In this document: one piece after another, positions 48,732 to 60,657 of the stretch
How the letters are laid out: each line of letters opens with the position of its first letter
Numbering within the stretch: position 1 is the first letter of the stretch
Translations under genes and position numbers: made by a program
The notes under the pieces: generated by a model
The model's input: only the letters and a program-made list of their open reading frames with translations
What the model was told of the DNA's origin: nothing
Databases searched by the model: none
NCBI GenBank assembly: GCA_018668255.1
Contig: JABISZ010000010.1
Span: 120,107 to 184,106 of the forward strand
Source: Pseudomonadota bacterium
GTDB taxonomy: Bacteria; Pseudomonadota; Gammaproteobacteria; Ga0077536
Direction of reading: 5' to 3'
DNA: 64,000 nucleotides

Positions 48732-48742
48732 AGTGAAAATTC

Positions 48743-49840
48743 TTAATTCCGAGAATAAAACTTTCGATGGGTGTGTATTGACATCATCATTCCTAGACTT
48801 GCCATCATAGTAACCATGGAAGTCCCTCCGTAACTAATTAAGGGCAAGGGTACGCCAACAACCGGGATAAGGCCAACTACCATCATCACATTTACGATTA
48901 TATACGTGCTAAAAGTAAGAATTAGAGAAGCGCTTAACAAACGTTCAAATGTATCTTGAGCATTACGAGCAACATGAATGCCTCTGGAAATAACCAGAAG
49001 ATAGGCAGCCATCAACATAAGAACGCCCACAAGTCCGAACTCTTCGCAATAGACGGCAAAAATAAAGTCTGTGGCTCTTTCGGGTAAAAACTCAAGATGT
49101 GACTGCGTTCCGTTAAGCCAGCCTTTGCCGTAGAGACCTCCAGAACCTATCGCAATCTTCGACTGTATGATGTGGTAACCGGCTCCCAACGGATCATTTT
49201 CTGGGTTAAAAAGAGTTCGTATTCTTTCTCTTTGATAAGAGTGGATTGAAACCCAAGCAAGGGGCGCAGCACAAAGGGAAAACAAGGATACATACCGAAT
49301 AGCTCGCCAACTAACACCCCCCAAGAAAAGGACAATAATCCCAGAGAAACCTACCAAAAGAGAGGAGCCTAAGTCAGGTTGTTGGTAAATCAAGAAAACC
49401 GGCACTAATAGAATTAAAGAACATAAAAGAATACTTCTTTTACTCGGTGGGAGTGGACGGTTAGAAATGATCGCTGCCAGCATTAGTGGTACAGCTATTT
49501 TCATAATTTCTGCAGGCTGAAAACGCACAATCCCTAAATCCAACCAACGCGCTGCACCACCGGAGGTGTCACCAAAAAAATGCACGGCTGTCAGTAATAA
49601 GAGGCCAACTAAATAAATAAAAGGAGATAGTTTAAGCAATGCCCTGGAGCTAACTTGTGCAATGCTTAGCATCGCCGTCAGTCCAATCATCATCCTCACC
49701 AGTTGCTTGAAAACAACTTCTGACGACCCGTTTGAGGCACTATAAAGTAACATAAGTCCAATCGTGCACACTATGAAAACTGAACCGACCAATGCCAAGT
49801 CCACGTGCAATCTCAAAAATAAGTTACTATCGCGATTCAT
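48743..49840 (-). CDS. rodA: rod shape-determining SEDS protein
   Basis: 365 aa polytopic. FQPAEIMKI, TDFIFAVYCEEFGLVG, PVVGVPLPLISYGGTS. Confidence 0.95.
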   Translation of the reverse strand: MNRDSNLFLRLHVDLALVGSVFIVCTIGLMLLYSASNGSSEVVFKQLVRMMIGLTAMLSIAQVSSRALLKLSPFIYLVGLLLLTAVHFFGDTSGGAARWLDLGIVRFQPAEIMKIAVPLMLAAIISNRPLPPSKRSILLCSLILLVPVFLIYQQPDLGSSLLVGFSGIIVLFLGGVSWRAIRYVSLFSLCAAPLAWVSIHSYQRERIRTLFNPENDPLGAGYHIIQSKIAIGSGGLYGKGWLNGTQSHLEFLPERATDFIFAVYCEEFGLVGVLMLMAAYLLVISRGIHVARNAQDTFERLLSASLILTFSTYIIVNVMMVVGLIPVVGVPLPLISYGGTSMVTMMASLGMMMSIHTHRKFYSRN

Positions 49841-51701
49841 CAGCTAAATCGTCAGCTTTTTTTTTATTATGGAAAAATGCATCCATCATCTTTTGTGCCA
49901 TTGGAGCGGCGGTTCTGCTCCCACTTCCCCCATTCTCGACCAAGACCGCGACCGCGATCTCTGGTTTGTAGGCAGGTGCAAAACCAATAAAAAGCGCATG
50001 GTCTCTTAAAATCATCGGTTTCTGCTTCATGGAGTCTCGGTTCACCTTAGAAACTTGAGCAGTCCCTGTTTTCCCAGCAAATTTAATTCCATCCGCTAAT
50101 TTAGCCGAGCGGGCCGTTCCAAAGTCAGAGTGAACCACATCGATCATCGCATCTCTAACGACATCCCAATGTATCGCATCCCTCAGTTGGAGACGAGGGG
50201 ATCTGGCCGGCTGTCGAGGAAACTCTTCTTTCAAGCCGTCAGTCGATTGATAGTAGTCAAGATATCTTGGCGGAGTAACCAGTCCTTTCCGAGCAAGAAT
50301 AGCGGTCGCTTGAGCTAGTTGAATAGGCGTTGCCAAAATGAAACCCTGCCCAATTCCAGTAATCAGCGTTTCCCCCAAATACCAACTCCCACTTAACGCA
50401 AGTTTTTTCCACTCGCGTGAGGGAACAAGCCCAGATTTTTCGCCTAGCAGATCAACACCCGTTTGAGAGCCAAGACCAAAGCTTAACAGTGACTCTTTAA
50501 GCCCCTGGATTCCAAAATTCTTAGCAAGCTGATAAAAATAGACGTCACATGAGCGAGCAATAGCATTGTTAAGATCAACTTTTCCATGACCTTTTTCTGA
50601 CCAGCAATGATAGCGGCGCCCCGTATCGTTTAATCGATAGAACCCGGGGCAGTAAACATGAGAGCCAGTCGTTTCGACCACCGACTCCAATGCACCTATT
50701 GCAACAAGAGGCTTCACTACTGAACCCGGAGGATACTGCCCTTGAAGAACTCTATTAAATAATGGTTTCCTCGGCGAGTTAATTAGCTTTTTATAGGCAG
50801 ATGAGGAGATTCCATCGACAAACAAGTTTGGATCAAAAGAAGGGTTACTTGCACTAGCCAATAATGAGCCCGATTCTAGCTCTAGCATAACAACTGCTCC
50901 AGAGAATCCCTCCAACAGCTGAAATGCTTGTCTCTGCATCGTGCTACTAACAGCCAGATGTACATTGGAGCCTGCAATCGGGTCTTTTCTCTCTACTACT
51001 CGAAGTACACGCCCTTCAGCGTTAACTTCTACTTTCTGGTATCCAGCCGTACCATGCAAAATCTCCTCTTGCATTGATTCAACGCCGGTTTTTCCAATAA
51101 ATCGAGTGCCTCTATAATTAGAGTTATCAACACCTGACAGGTCACGAGAATTCATTTTCCCAACATAGCCTACAATATGCGCCATATCAGCACCCATTGG
51201 ATAATAGCGAACTAAGCTGGAATCTATGAAAAACCCGGGGAATCTAAATCGATTAACGGAGAAAATCGCGACCTCCTGCTCAGTTAATTGATTTTTCAAC
51301 ATAATCGACTGAAAACTGGTTTTTTCTTTTAAGCCGCCTAGTGTTTCTTGAACTCCGCCGGTATCAAGCTGCATCAGCCTAGAAAGCCTCAATATTGACC
51401 CCTCCATATCGTTCACTTTTTCAGGAACAACCAGGAGAGAGAATGAAGGTTTATTTCCAGCAAGCAGCACCCCATCGGAACTGTAAATCAGTCCCCGAGG
51501 GGGCACAATCGGCTGTATTTTCAATCGATTCTCTTGTGCGCGAGTTATGAAATGTTCGTGATTTAGGATCTGGAGATAGAAGACACGAAATACAATGCAG
51601 ACCAAAACAACAACTAGGAATATCGTTACAACATTCAACCTAAAAAAGAAGATGCTGCGCTCGCTATCTTTGTTTTTAATTTCCATTAGCAACTCTCTCA
51701 C
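49827..51701 (-). CDS. mrdA: penicillin-binding protein 2
   Basis: 624 aa. PPGSVVKP (SxxK), SCDVYF (SxD-type motif), KTGTAQV. Confidence 0.95.
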   Translation of the reverse strand: MRELLMEIKNKDSERSIFFFRLNVVTIFLVVVLVCIVFRVFYLQILNHEHFITRAQENRLKIQPIVPPRGLIYSSDGVLLAGNKPSFSLLVVPEKVNDMEGSILRLSRLMQLDTGGVQETLGGLKEKTSFQSIMLKNQLTEQEVAIFSVNRFRFPGFFIDSSLVRYYPMGADMAHIVGYVGKMNSRDLSGVDNSNYRGTRFIGKTGVESMQEEILHGTAGYQKVEVNAEGRVLRVVERKDPIAGSNVHLAVSSTMQRQAFQLLEGFSGAVVMLELESGSLLASASNPSFDPNLFVDGISSSAYKKLINSPRKPLFNRVLQGQYPPGSVVKPLVAIGALESVVETTGSHVYCPGFYRLNDTGRRYHCWSEKGHGKVDLNNAIARSCDVYFYQLAKNFGIQGLKESLLSFGLGSQTGVDLLGEKSGLVPSREWKKLALSGSWYLGETLITGIGQGFILATPIQLAQATAILARKGLVTPPRYLDYYQSTDGLKEEFPRQPARSPRLQLRDAIHWDVVRDAMIDVVHSDFGTARSAKLADGIKFAGKTGTAQVSKVNRDSMKQKPMILRDHALFIGFAPAYKPEIAVAVLVENGGSGSRTAAPMAQKMMDAFFHNKKKADDLADESR

Positions 51702-51772
51702 GCCGCCCCATTTTTATATTGTAAGCAGACCATAACGCGAAGCATATACCAAGATATCAAGACTCTATTTCC

Positions 51773-52258
51773 TCACAGCAAATTATTCTCTTTAGATTCA
51801 GTTCTTCTGAGAAGAGCTACTAAGAGCAACCAGATAAGAGGAGTAAGTAATGTTCCTTTAAAATGAGTCATAGTGAAGAGACCCGAAGCAAAGATCTCAC
51901 TTACCTTGCCAGTAACAGCGATATAAACGGTTACCAATATAAAAACAAACACCATTTGCTGAGACCATGGTGAAAACTTAAATCTGGAATCATATAGGAG
52001 ACATGCATAGGCGATTAACGTAAATCCCAAAGCATTTTGCCCCAGGACGGAACCATGGAGAACGTCAAACCCAAGACCGATAAACCAACCATTTATAACA
52101 CCAATATATTGAGGTCCTTTAAGGCTCCAATAAATCATTACTATTGCTGGAATAGCTGGTCGATAGTCATTTAACTCTGCAGGGAAAGGAACGACCGCTA
52201 AAATAAAACTACAAAAAAAGCTAAGTGCGATAATCAGTATTTTCTTATTTTTTTTCAT
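51773..52258 (-). CDS. mreD: rod shape-determining protein MreD
   Basis: Hydrophobic, about 161 aa. Start set at the ATG at 52258 (MKKNKKIL), immediately after the mreC stop. The ORF track extension to 52330 overlaps mreC. Confidence 0.85.
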   Translation of the reverse strand: MKKNKKILIIALSFFCSFILAVVPFPAELNDYRPAIPAIVMIYWSLKGPQYIGVINGWFIGLGFDVLHGSVLGQNALGFTLIAYACLLYDSRFKFSPWSQQMVFVFILVTVYIAVTGKVSEIFASGLFTMTHFKGTLLTPLIWLLLVALLRRTESKENNLL

Positions 52259-52259
52259 C

Positions 52260-53135
52260 CTAACCAGAAGTCCCACTCGCATTACTATTATTTTCTTTCT
52301 GACTTTCGCTCTTATCCCGGCGACTTTCAAGTTCGATCAAAAGCACTTCGTGAAACCTCCCTAGTTTAGAAGCAGGCTTTACTAAAGCTCGTTGAAAATC
52401 ATCCCCCGGTCGACTCTCAACCGAGACGATTGAACCAACTGGATACCCGCCTGGAAATACCCCGCCCATCCCAGACGTAACAACAGAGTCCCCGACGCGT
52501 ATATCGTCACTTAGGGAAATAAAATCTAAGGACAAGACATCATTTTTTCTCGAACCGGAAACCACTGACCTCAAACCATTCCTGTTAATCACGATTGGCA
52601 AGGCGTGGACAGCATCAGTTATGAGGACTACAGTTGAATAAAATGCACTCGCCTGACTGACTTGTCCGACGACTCCAGCAGAATCTACAACCGGTTGGCC
52701 GCGGTAAACCCCATGTGACCGACCTTTGTTGATAACAATCTTTCTGCTTGCGTGAGAGCTTTCTATTTGCAAGACATTTGCCACCAAGATTTTCTGTTCC
52801 ATTACCGAAGGGGCTTGAATTATTTTCTGCAAACGTTCATTTTCATGTTTAATACTTAGATAGCGAGAAGCATCTAAAGTTAAAGCGATATTCTCAGCAC
52901 GTAATGCATCATTCTCCTCTAAGATGTCTATCTGAGTTCTCAATTTAAACACCGTCGCCTTATAGGCTCTATAAGGCATATCGATCACCGAATATAATGG
53001 GTAAATGAACACTCCAATAGTCTCTCGGATGCCTTCCAAATGACTATCATTTTTATCAATCGACATAAATAAAAAAGAAAGTATCACACATGCTGTGAAC
53101 TTCATGGAAATTAGGTGTTTATTGCTTGAGCGCAC
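52260..53135 (-). CDS. mreC: rod shape-determining protein MreC
   Basis: 291 aa. N-terminal TM helix, coiled coil (ENDALRAENIAL), VVDSAGVVGQV, VVTSGMGGVFPGGYPVG. Confidence 0.93.
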   Translation of the reverse strand: MRSSNKHLISMKFTACVILSFLFMSIDKNDSHLEGIRETIGVFIYPLYSVIDMPYRAYKATVFKLRTQIDILEENDALRAENIALTLDASRYLSIKHENERLQKIIQAPSVMEQKILVANVLQIESSHASRKIVINKGRSHGVYRGQPVVDSAGVVGQVSQASAFYSTVVLITDAVHALPIVINRNGLRSVVSGSRKNDVLSLDFISLSDDIRVGDSVVTSGMGGVFPGGYPVGSIVSVESRPGDDFQRALVKPASKLGRFHEVLLIELESRRDKSESQKENNSNASGTSG

Positions 53136-53175
53136 TTTAATTGCTACAGCCTCTAGAGAGTTAAGTGTGCCCCGT

Positions 53176-54249
<1,074 letters not shown>

Positions 54250-54352
54250 TTATCAGGTAGACTAAGATAACGACGGTAGATTGAACTCAATAGCAGAAAT
54301 ATTAATCTGTAAATTGGTGTCGGCCGAGCCGTACACCGTAAGGTTTTCAAAG

Positions 54353-54358
54353 TATAAT
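54353..54358 (+). promoter_or_regulatory. candidate -10 box for gatCAB
   Basis: Perfect TATAAT about 68 nt upstream of the gatC ATG. The -35 is poor (TACACC). Confidence 0.3.
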
Positions 54359-54425
54359 GATACATTACCAACACCACCATATCGTGCCTTTTGGCGCTCG
54401 ACGAGTCAACAACTAGCGGGAAAAA

Positions 54426-54716
54426 ATGATGCCTATAACTGAGAAAGAAGTCAGAAAGATTGCTCAACTAGCTAGAATTTCGATTGACGACAAAGACATC
54501 TGTTCTTATGAAGATCAACTCAATAAAATTTTAGCCTTCGTGGACGAAATGAAAGCGGTCGAAACGGAAGGGATAATTCCCTTAGCACACCCCTCAGAAG
54601 AAACTCAAAAGCTTAGAAGCGATAAAGTAAGTGAAAAGAATCAGAGAGAAAGCTATCAGTCAGTTGCTCCAACGACTGAAAATGGCTTATATCTAGTCCC
54701 CCAGGTAATTGAATAA
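54426..54716 (+). CDS. gatC: Asp/Glu-tRNA amidotransferase subunit C
   Basis: 96 aa. [20 protein letters not shown]. Confidence 0.93.
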   Translation: MMPITEKEVRKIAQLARISIDDKDICSYEDQLNKILAFVDEMKAVETEGIIPLAHPSEETQKLRSDKVSEKNQRESYQSVAPTTENGLYLVPQVIE

Positions 54717-54724
54717 AGAATGAA

Positions 54725-56194
54725 ATGAACTTACCAAATAGCGTTACCGAAATAATACAAGGCTTCGAGAATGGTAAATTCTCCAGTCAAGAATTAACCA
54801 AAGCGTACCTAAATCGTATTGATAATCTAGATCCTGAAATCAATAGCTTTATAACAGTATGTCACGAGCGAGCGCTTCTTGATGCTAAGAAGGCTGATAG
54901 AAGCAGGGCAAACGGGTCGGCAAATAAGCTAACAGGAGTGCCTTATGCTAATAAGGATATATTTTGCACTAAAGGAGTTCGAACCACATCTGGCTCGAGG
55001 ATGTTAGATACGTTTATTTCGCCTTATGATGCAACGATCGTCGAGCGGCTCGGCTCACAAGGCATGGTAATGCTTGGAAAAACAAATATGGATGAGTTTG
55101 CAATGGGCTCATCTAACGAGACAAGCTTCTATGGCCAAGTTAATAATCCTTGGAACACCAACTGCGTACCTGGCGGCTCTTCCGGCGGTTCTGCCGCTGC
55201 AGTGTCTGCTGGCTTCACACCCGTGGCAACTGGCTCTGACACTGGAGGTTCCATTAGACAGCCAGCAGCTTTCTGTGGGATAAGCGGCTTAAAGCCAACC
55301 TATGGAAGAGTCTCTAGATATGGAATGATTGCTTTCGCATCGAGCTTAGACCAGGCAGGACCTATGGGGCGCAGCGTAGAGGATCTCGCTCACCTACTAG
55401 CGCCTATGGCTGGCTATGACTCTAGAGATTCTACCTCGTCCATGGTTAAGACAGAGGACTATTTTGGAAATCTTGAAGATGAACTAAAAGGAAAAACAAT
55501 TGGACTCCCCAAGGAGTATTTTTCTACAAATCTCGATCGTCAAGTTGAAGGCGTAATTGAAGAAGCAATTAAAGAGTTCGAAAAACTGGGAGCAAATATT
55601 ATAGAGATCAGTCTCCCAACTACCTCGCTTTCAATTCCTGCTTATTATGTTATATCTTCTGCTGAGTGTTCTTCGAATCTTTCCAGATATGATGGCGTTA
55701 GGTATGGACATAGGTGTGAACTACCAACTGATATTGAAGATTTGTATAAACGAACTCGAAGTGAAGGCTTTGGAGAAGAAGTCAAAAGGCGGCTATTAAC
55801 GGGCACGTACGTATTGTCTTCAGGCTACTATGATGCCTACTATCGAAAAGCCCAACAGATCCGACGTTTGATAAAGGATGATTTCGCTAATGCGTTTACA
55901 CAGGTTGATGCAGTAATTAGCCCTACAGCTCCTACTACAGCTTTTAAGGCCGGTGAGCACCAAGATAACCCAGTGGAAATGTATCTGGGAGATTGTTTTA
56001 CAGTGGCATCGAACCTAGCAGGACTGCCTGCTTTATCTGTTCCCGCCGGTTTTGTGGGTGGTATGCCTGTCGGCCTTCAGCTCATAGGTAGCTATTTTCA
56101 AGAATCAAAGCTGCTGACGCTTGGACATATGTTCCAAAAATCTACTGGCTGGCACCAGCACTTTTCGCGAGACGAATCAAAAGGAGCGCAATAA
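54725..56194 (+). CDS. gatA: Asp/Glu-tRNA amidotransferase subunit A
   Basis: Amidase signature [36 protein letters not shown]. Confidence 0.97.
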   Translation: MNLPNSVTEIIQGFENGKFSSQELTKAYLNRIDNLDPEINSFITVCHERALLDAKKADRSRANGSANKLTGVPYANKDIFCTKGVRTTSGSRMLDTFISPYDATIVERLGSQGMVMLGKTNMDEFAMGSSNETSFYGQVNNPWNTNCVPGGSSGGSAAAVSAGFTPVATGSDTGGSIRQPAAFCGISGLKPTYGRVSRYGMIAFASSLDQAGPMGRSVEDLAHLLAPMAGYDSRDSTSSMVKTEDYFGNLEDELKGKTIGLPKEYFSTNLDRQVEGVIEEAIKEFEKLGANIIEISLPTTSLSIPAYYVISSAECSSNLSRYDGVRYGHRCELPTDIEDLYKRTRSEGFGEEVKRRLLTGTYVLSSGYYDAYYRKAQQIRRLIKDDFANAFTQVDAVISPTAPTTAFKAGEHQDNPVEMYLGDCFTVASNLAGLPALSVPAGFVGGMPVGLQLIGSYFQESKLLTLGHMFQKSTGWHQHFSRDESKGAQ

Positions 56195-57633
56195 TGTCTT
56201 GGGAAATAGTCATTGGGCTCGAAGTCCATGCGCAACTTGCTACTAGTAGTAAAATTTTTTCGGGATCTTCCACCGAATATGGGGCAAAAGCAAACACACA
56301 GGCCTCTGCCATTGACTTAGCGCTGCCAGGCGTACTACCAGTCTTGAATAAAAAGGTGCTAGACCTTGCGATTATGCTAGGGCTTGCGATCGATGGAGAA
56401 ATTGCATCTGAATCTATATTCTCGCGAAAAAATTATTTCTATCCGGACTCTCCGAAGGGTTACCAAATCAGTCAATATGACAAACCTATAATATCTAGAG
56501 GGCAATTAAAGTTCGTCAACAACGGCGAAGAAAAAATGATTAATATCACACGCGCTCATTTAGAAGAAGATGCGGGTAAATCGTTACACGGAGAATTCGA
56601 ACGTAGCACAGCCATAGATCTCAATCGTTCTGGAACGCCACTATTGGAGATAGTTTCCGAACCAGAATTAAGGAGTGCGCAAGACGCAGTGATGTATCTT
56701 AAAGAACTTCATTGCCTATTGCGAACCCTAGGGATATGCGACGGCAACATGCAGGAGGGTAGCTTCCGATGTGATGCAAATGTATCAGTTCGAAAAACTG
56801 AAGATCCTGAACTTGGCACTCGTACTGAGGTGAAGAATCTTAACTCATTTCGATTTGTCGAGCGCGCTATAAACTATGAGGCCGCTCGCCAAGTCGAGGT
56901 GATAGAAGAAGGGGGGATAATCAAACAAGAGACTCGTTTGTATGATCCAGAAAAAAACGAAACACGCACGATGCGGAGTAAAGAAGACGCGCATGATTAC
57001 CGGTATTTCCCTGATCCGGACTTGCTTCCAATCACCATTACTGCCGAACACATCGCTCGAATAGCGAAAGATCTCCCGGAAACGCCCTGGAACAAGAGGC
57101 TGCGGTACCTCAAAGACTACGGAGTAAGTATCGAAGATGCGGAAATACTAGCTAATAGCCCAGAAACCTCAGTGTATTTCGAAGTGTGCATGAGACAGTC
57201 TACCCTGTCTCCGAAATTAATCGCCAATTGGATCATAGGAGAACTTTCAGCTCTAATTAATAAATCTAGCGTCACAATCTCTAAGAGCCCAATAGTTCCT
57301 GAAAGACTAGTAAGTGTTCTTAAAAAGATCGAAGATGGGACTATTTCTCGGAAAACTGCCAAACATCTACTTGGGTTAATGTGGGATAGCAACTCAAGTG
57401 CCGATCAAATAATTGCTGACGAAGGACTTAGCCAAGTATCGAACAATGAGCTTCTAGAGAAAGTGATATCTCAAACTTTGACCAACTTTCCGTCTCAAGT
57501 AGAAGAGTACAAAACTGGAAAGTTGAAGATATTAGGTTTCCTAGTAGGCCAGGTTATGAAGCAAACAAAAGGGAAAGCTAACCCAGCCATGGTTAAAGCT
57601 CTAATGGAAAAAAATCTACGACAAAGCACATAG
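56194..57633 (+). CDS. gatB: Asp/Glu-tRNA amidotransferase subunit B
   Basis: WEIVIGLEVHAQL, NYFYPDSPKGYQISQ, RAHLEEDAGKS, CDANVSVR. Its start overlaps the gatA stop (ATAATG). Confidence 0.97.
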   Translation: MSWEIVIGLEVHAQLATSSKIFSGSSTEYGAKANTQASAIDLALPGVLPVLNKKVLDLAIMLGLAIDGEIASESIFSRKNYFYPDSPKGYQISQYDKPIISRGQLKFVNNGEEKMINITRAHLEEDAGKSLHGEFERSTAIDLNRSGTPLLEIVSEPELRSAQDAVMYLKELHCLLRTLGICDGNMQEGSFRCDANVSVRKTEDPELGTRTEVKNLNSFRFVERAINYEAARQVEVIEEGGIIKQETRLYDPEKNETRTMRSKEDAHDYRYFPDPDLLPITITAEHIARIAKDLPETPWNKRLRYLKDYGVSIEDAEILANSPETSVYFEVCMRQSTLSPKLIANWIIGELSALINKSSVTISKSPIVPERLVSVLKKIEDGTISRKTAKHLLGLMWDSNSSADQIIADEGLSQVSNNELLEKVISQTLTNFPSQVEEYKTGKLKILGFLVGQVMKQTKGKANPAMVKALMEKNLRQST

Positions 57634-57638
57634 AAGTG

Positions 57639-58031
57639 TTAGGCAGGTTCTACAACCTCGATCTCAGTTTCTTCAGGCCTATCCATAAGTTCTACAATAG
57701 CCATAGGTGCGCTGTCACCGGGTCGGAAGCCGCACTTCAATACACGCAAATAGCCTCCCGGACGAGCTACATACCTGGGCGCGAGCTCATTAAATAATTT
57801 TGTGACCATTTCACGATCTCGAAGTCGAGAAAACACTAGTCGTCTCTTGGCAAGTGAATCTGTTTTAGCAATAGTAATCAGTGGCTCAGCAGTCCGCCTG
57901 AGCTCTTTAGCTTTTGCTAAGGTGGTACGTATCAACTCATGCCGAAAAAGAGATGCTGTCATATTTCTGAACATTGCTTTTCGATGTGAGCTATTTCTAT
58001 TAAGCTTGCGCCCGCTCTTCAAATGTCTCAT
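57639..58031 (-). CDS. rplQ: 50S ribosomal protein L17
   Basis: [24 protein letters not shown]. Confidence 0.98.
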   Translation of the reverse strand: MRHLKSGRKLNRNSSHRKAMFRNMTASLFRHELIRTTLAKAKELRRTAEPLITIAKTDSLAKRRLVFSRLRDREMVTKLFNELAPRYVARPGGYLRVLKCGFRPGDSAPMAIVELMDRPEETEIEVVEPA

Positions 58032-58073
58032 TTATTCTAATCTCGCCTTTAAATGTCGATGATGGTCATAAGG

Positions 58074-59072
58074 TTATGACCTACCATAAAGATCAGCTGG
58101 GGGCCAATTTTCTAGCGTCATGCCTAATGTAAGTCCGCGGGTTGCTAAAACGTCTTTTATTTCCGTTAAAGATTTGCGACCTAGATTAGGTGTTTTCAGT
58201 AAATCGACTTCCGCTCTTTGTATTAAGTCACCAATAAAATGAATACTTTCAGCCTTCAGACAATTAGCGGATCTCACAGTTAATTCCAGGTCATCAATAG
58301 ATCTCAATAGGATTGGATCAATTACAACCTCTGGAATGACTGGAACCTCTTCTGGAGCTTCCTTACTAATATCGACAAATACCGAAAACTGATTCCGAAT
58401 AATAAAAGCAGCTTCTTTTACCGCTTCTTCCGGATCAATTGTCCCATTTGTTTCGACCGTTACTATTAGCTTGTCCAGATCTGTTTGCTGTTCTACCCGC
58501 GCAGCTTGTACCTCGTAGCTACATCTCACAACCGGACTATACGACGCGTCGAGCTTCAAAGCGCCAACAACTGAAACACTTTCATCCTCAGTACCGCCAC
58601 TCCTAGCATTTGCAGGTTGATAACCTCTGCCTCTAGTGACTTTTAACACCATATTTATCTCTCCCTTATCTCCGAGAGTACAAATATGGAAATCTGAATC
58701 TACTATCTCGACGTCATGATCAAGAGCTATATCTTTCGCTGTAACAACGCAAGGGCCTTTTTTATTAACTGTCAAGACTGCTTCATCACGCTCGTGCATA
58801 TTGATTGCAAGCCCTTTCAAGTTTAACAGAATGTCCGTCACGTCCTCATGGACCCCTTCAATAGTAGTGTACTCATGAAGGACATTTTCTATTTCAACTT
58901 CTGTTACCGCACTCCCAGCCATCGACGACAAGAGGACACGTCTAAGTGCGTTCCCTAGTGTGTGCCCGAAACCGCGGTTAAGTGGTTCTATTATTATCTT
59001 AGATGTATTCAGCCCCGTGACCTGCACATCTGCTATTTGCGGCTTTAAAAGCTCATTCAAGGCTGACGCCAT
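58074..59072 (-). CDS. rpoA: DNA-directed RNA polymerase alpha subunit
   Basis: [16 protein letters not shown]-terminal domain [14 protein letters not shown]. Confidence 0.98.
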   Translation of the reverse strand: MASALNELLKPQIADVQVTGLNTSKIIIEPLNRGFGHTLGNALRRVLLSSMAGSAVTEVEIENVLHEYTTIEGVHEDVTDILLNLKGLAINMHERDEAVLTVNKKGPCVVTAKDIALDHDVEIVDSDFHICTLGDKGEINMVLKVTRGRGYQPANARSGGTEDESVSVVGALKLDASYSPVVRCSYEVQAARVEQQTDLDKLIVTVETNGTIDPEEAVKEAAFIIRNQFSVFVDISKEAPEEVPVIPEVVIDPILLRSIDDLELTVRSANCLKAESIHFIGDLIQRAEVDLLKTPNLGRKSLTEIKDVLATRGLTLGMTLENWPPADLYGRS

Positions 59073-59093
59073 CTTGGAGTCTCCTAATAAAAA

Positions 59094-59717
59094 TTATTTG
59101 GAATATAATTCAACAACTAATGATTCGTTTATATCAGCCGACAAGTCAGCTCTTTCCGGAATAGATTTAAAACACCCTTCCATTTTTTTCGAATCAACCT
59201 CTATCCAGTCTGGGAACCCCAACTGCTCTGCTATGGCAAGCGAGTCCTGAATTCTAACTTGTGCTTTCGATTTTTCACGTACTGAAATCACGTCAGCGGG
59301 AGCAACTTGATAAGAAGCGATGTTCACAACATGCCCATTCACTGTGATAGCTTTATGACTTACCAACTGTCTGGATTCTGCCCTTGTACAACCAAACCCC
59401 ATTCGGTAGACGACATTATCAAGCCTCTTTTCTAGGATTTGCAGAAGATTTTCCCCAGTAGCACCTTTCTTATGTGCCGCAACCTTATAGTAATTTCGAA
59501 ACTGTCGCTCCAACACTCCATAAGTAATTCTTAACTTTTGCTTTTCACGAAGCTGCAGCGCGTAGTCTGACAGCCGTCTCCCTCGAGAATCTCCGTGCAT
59601 TCCAGGAGGTTTTTCGAGCTGACATTTCGTCTCGATAGGACGTCCACGACTTTTAAGGCCGAGGTCCATTCCTTGAGAACGACTTAATTTGCATTTTGGA
59701 CCAATGTAACGAGCCAT
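59094..59717 (-). CDS. rpsD: 30S ribosomal protein S4
   Basis: [25 protein letters not shown]. Confidence 0.98.
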   Translation of the reverse strand: MARYIGPKCKLSRSQGMDLGLKSRGRPIETKCQLEKPPGMHGDSRGRRLSDYALQLREKQKLRITYGVLERQFRNYYKVAAHKKGATGENLLQILEKRLDNVVYRMGFGCTRAESRQLVSHKAITVNGHVVNIASYQVAPADVISVREKSKAQVRIQDSLAIAEQLGFPDWIEVDSKKMEGCFKSIPERADLSADINESLVVELYSK

Positions 59718-59719
59718 TT

Positions 59720-60103
59720 TTATACCCTTCGCTTTTTAGGAGGTCTACATCCATTGTGAGGAATAGGTGTGACATCAGTGATGTTAGTAATCTTGAAGCC
59801 TGCATTATTAAGGGATCGCACTGCAGATTCGCGGCCTGGTCCTGGACCCTTGATACATATATCTAAGCTCTCCATTCCGAAATCATCTCTCACGGTCTTT
59901 AGTTTTTCGGCAGCCACCTGGGCGGCAAAAGGAGTACTTTTTCTTGAACCTCGAAAACCACTTCCTCCAGCGGTCGCCCATGCTAATGCGTTGCCCTGAC
60001 GATCGGTGATAGTAATTATCGTGTTGTTAAAAGAAGCATGTACATGCGCTATACCCTCTAGAATGGTACGCTTAACTTTCTTCTTAGGTGCAGTAGTAGC
60101 CAT
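59720..60103 (-). CDS. rpsK: 30S ribosomal protein S11
   Basis: [34 protein letters not shown]. Confidence 0.98.
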   Translation of the reverse strand: MATTAPKKKVKRTILEGIAHVHASFNNTIITITDRQGNALAWATAGGSGFRGSRKSTPFAAQVAAEKLKTVRDDFGMESLDICIKGPGPGRESAVRSLNNAGFKITNITDVTPIPHNGCRPPKKRRV

Positions 60104-60120
60104 ATTCTAAATCCTAAATT

Positions 60121-60477
60121 CTAACGTTTAAGGGCTCGTTTCGGTCCCTTGCGGGTACGGGCATTTGTCTGAGTCTGTTGTCCACGAACAGGCAGCCCTC
60201 TTCTATGTCGCACTCCTCTGTAGCAACCTAGATCCATCAACCTCTTAATATTCATGCTGACATCCCTTCTAAGATCGCCTTCAACATCATATTTACCAAC
60301 TGCGGTTCGAACTTCATCTAACTGCCCTTCCGTAAGGTCTTTAACAAGTAAAGTCGGAACAACTCCAGCTACTTCGCAAATCTCAGCAGCTCGCGTTTTT
60401 CCAACGCCATAAATTGAAGTAACTGCAATTATTAAATGTTTCCTATCTGGAATATTTACACCTGCAACACGTGCCAT
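60121..60477 (-). CDS. rpsM: 30S ribosomal protein S13
   Basis: [33 protein letters not shown]. Confidence 0.98.
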   Translation of the reverse strand: MARVAGVNIPDRKHLIIAVTSIYGVGKTRAAEICEVAGVVPTLLVKDLTEGQLDEVRTAVGKYDVEGDLRRDVSMNIKRLMDLGCYRGVRHRRGLPVRGQQTQTNARTRKGPKRALKR

Positions 60478-60509
60478 AGTATCTCTCTCTAAAAATTAAT
60501 AAACGCCGC

Positions 60510-60626
60510 TTAACCTTGCCGCTGCTTGTGACGAGGGTTCTTGCTGCAAATTACACGAACTGCCCCTTTACGTCGAATCACTCGACAATCCCTGCATATT
60601 TTTTTAACTGATGCCTGCACTTTCAT
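60510..60626 (-). CDS. rpmJ: 50S ribosomal protein L36
   Basis: Not in the ORF track because it is under 60 aa. Hand translation of the minus strand gives [38 protein letters not shown] followed by a stop. Confidence 0.93.
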   Translation of the reverse strand: MKVQASVKKICRDCRVIRRKGAVRVICSKNPRHKQRQG

Positions 60627-60657
60627 ATTCTGATTAGCTCCATCTTCGCTATGACCA

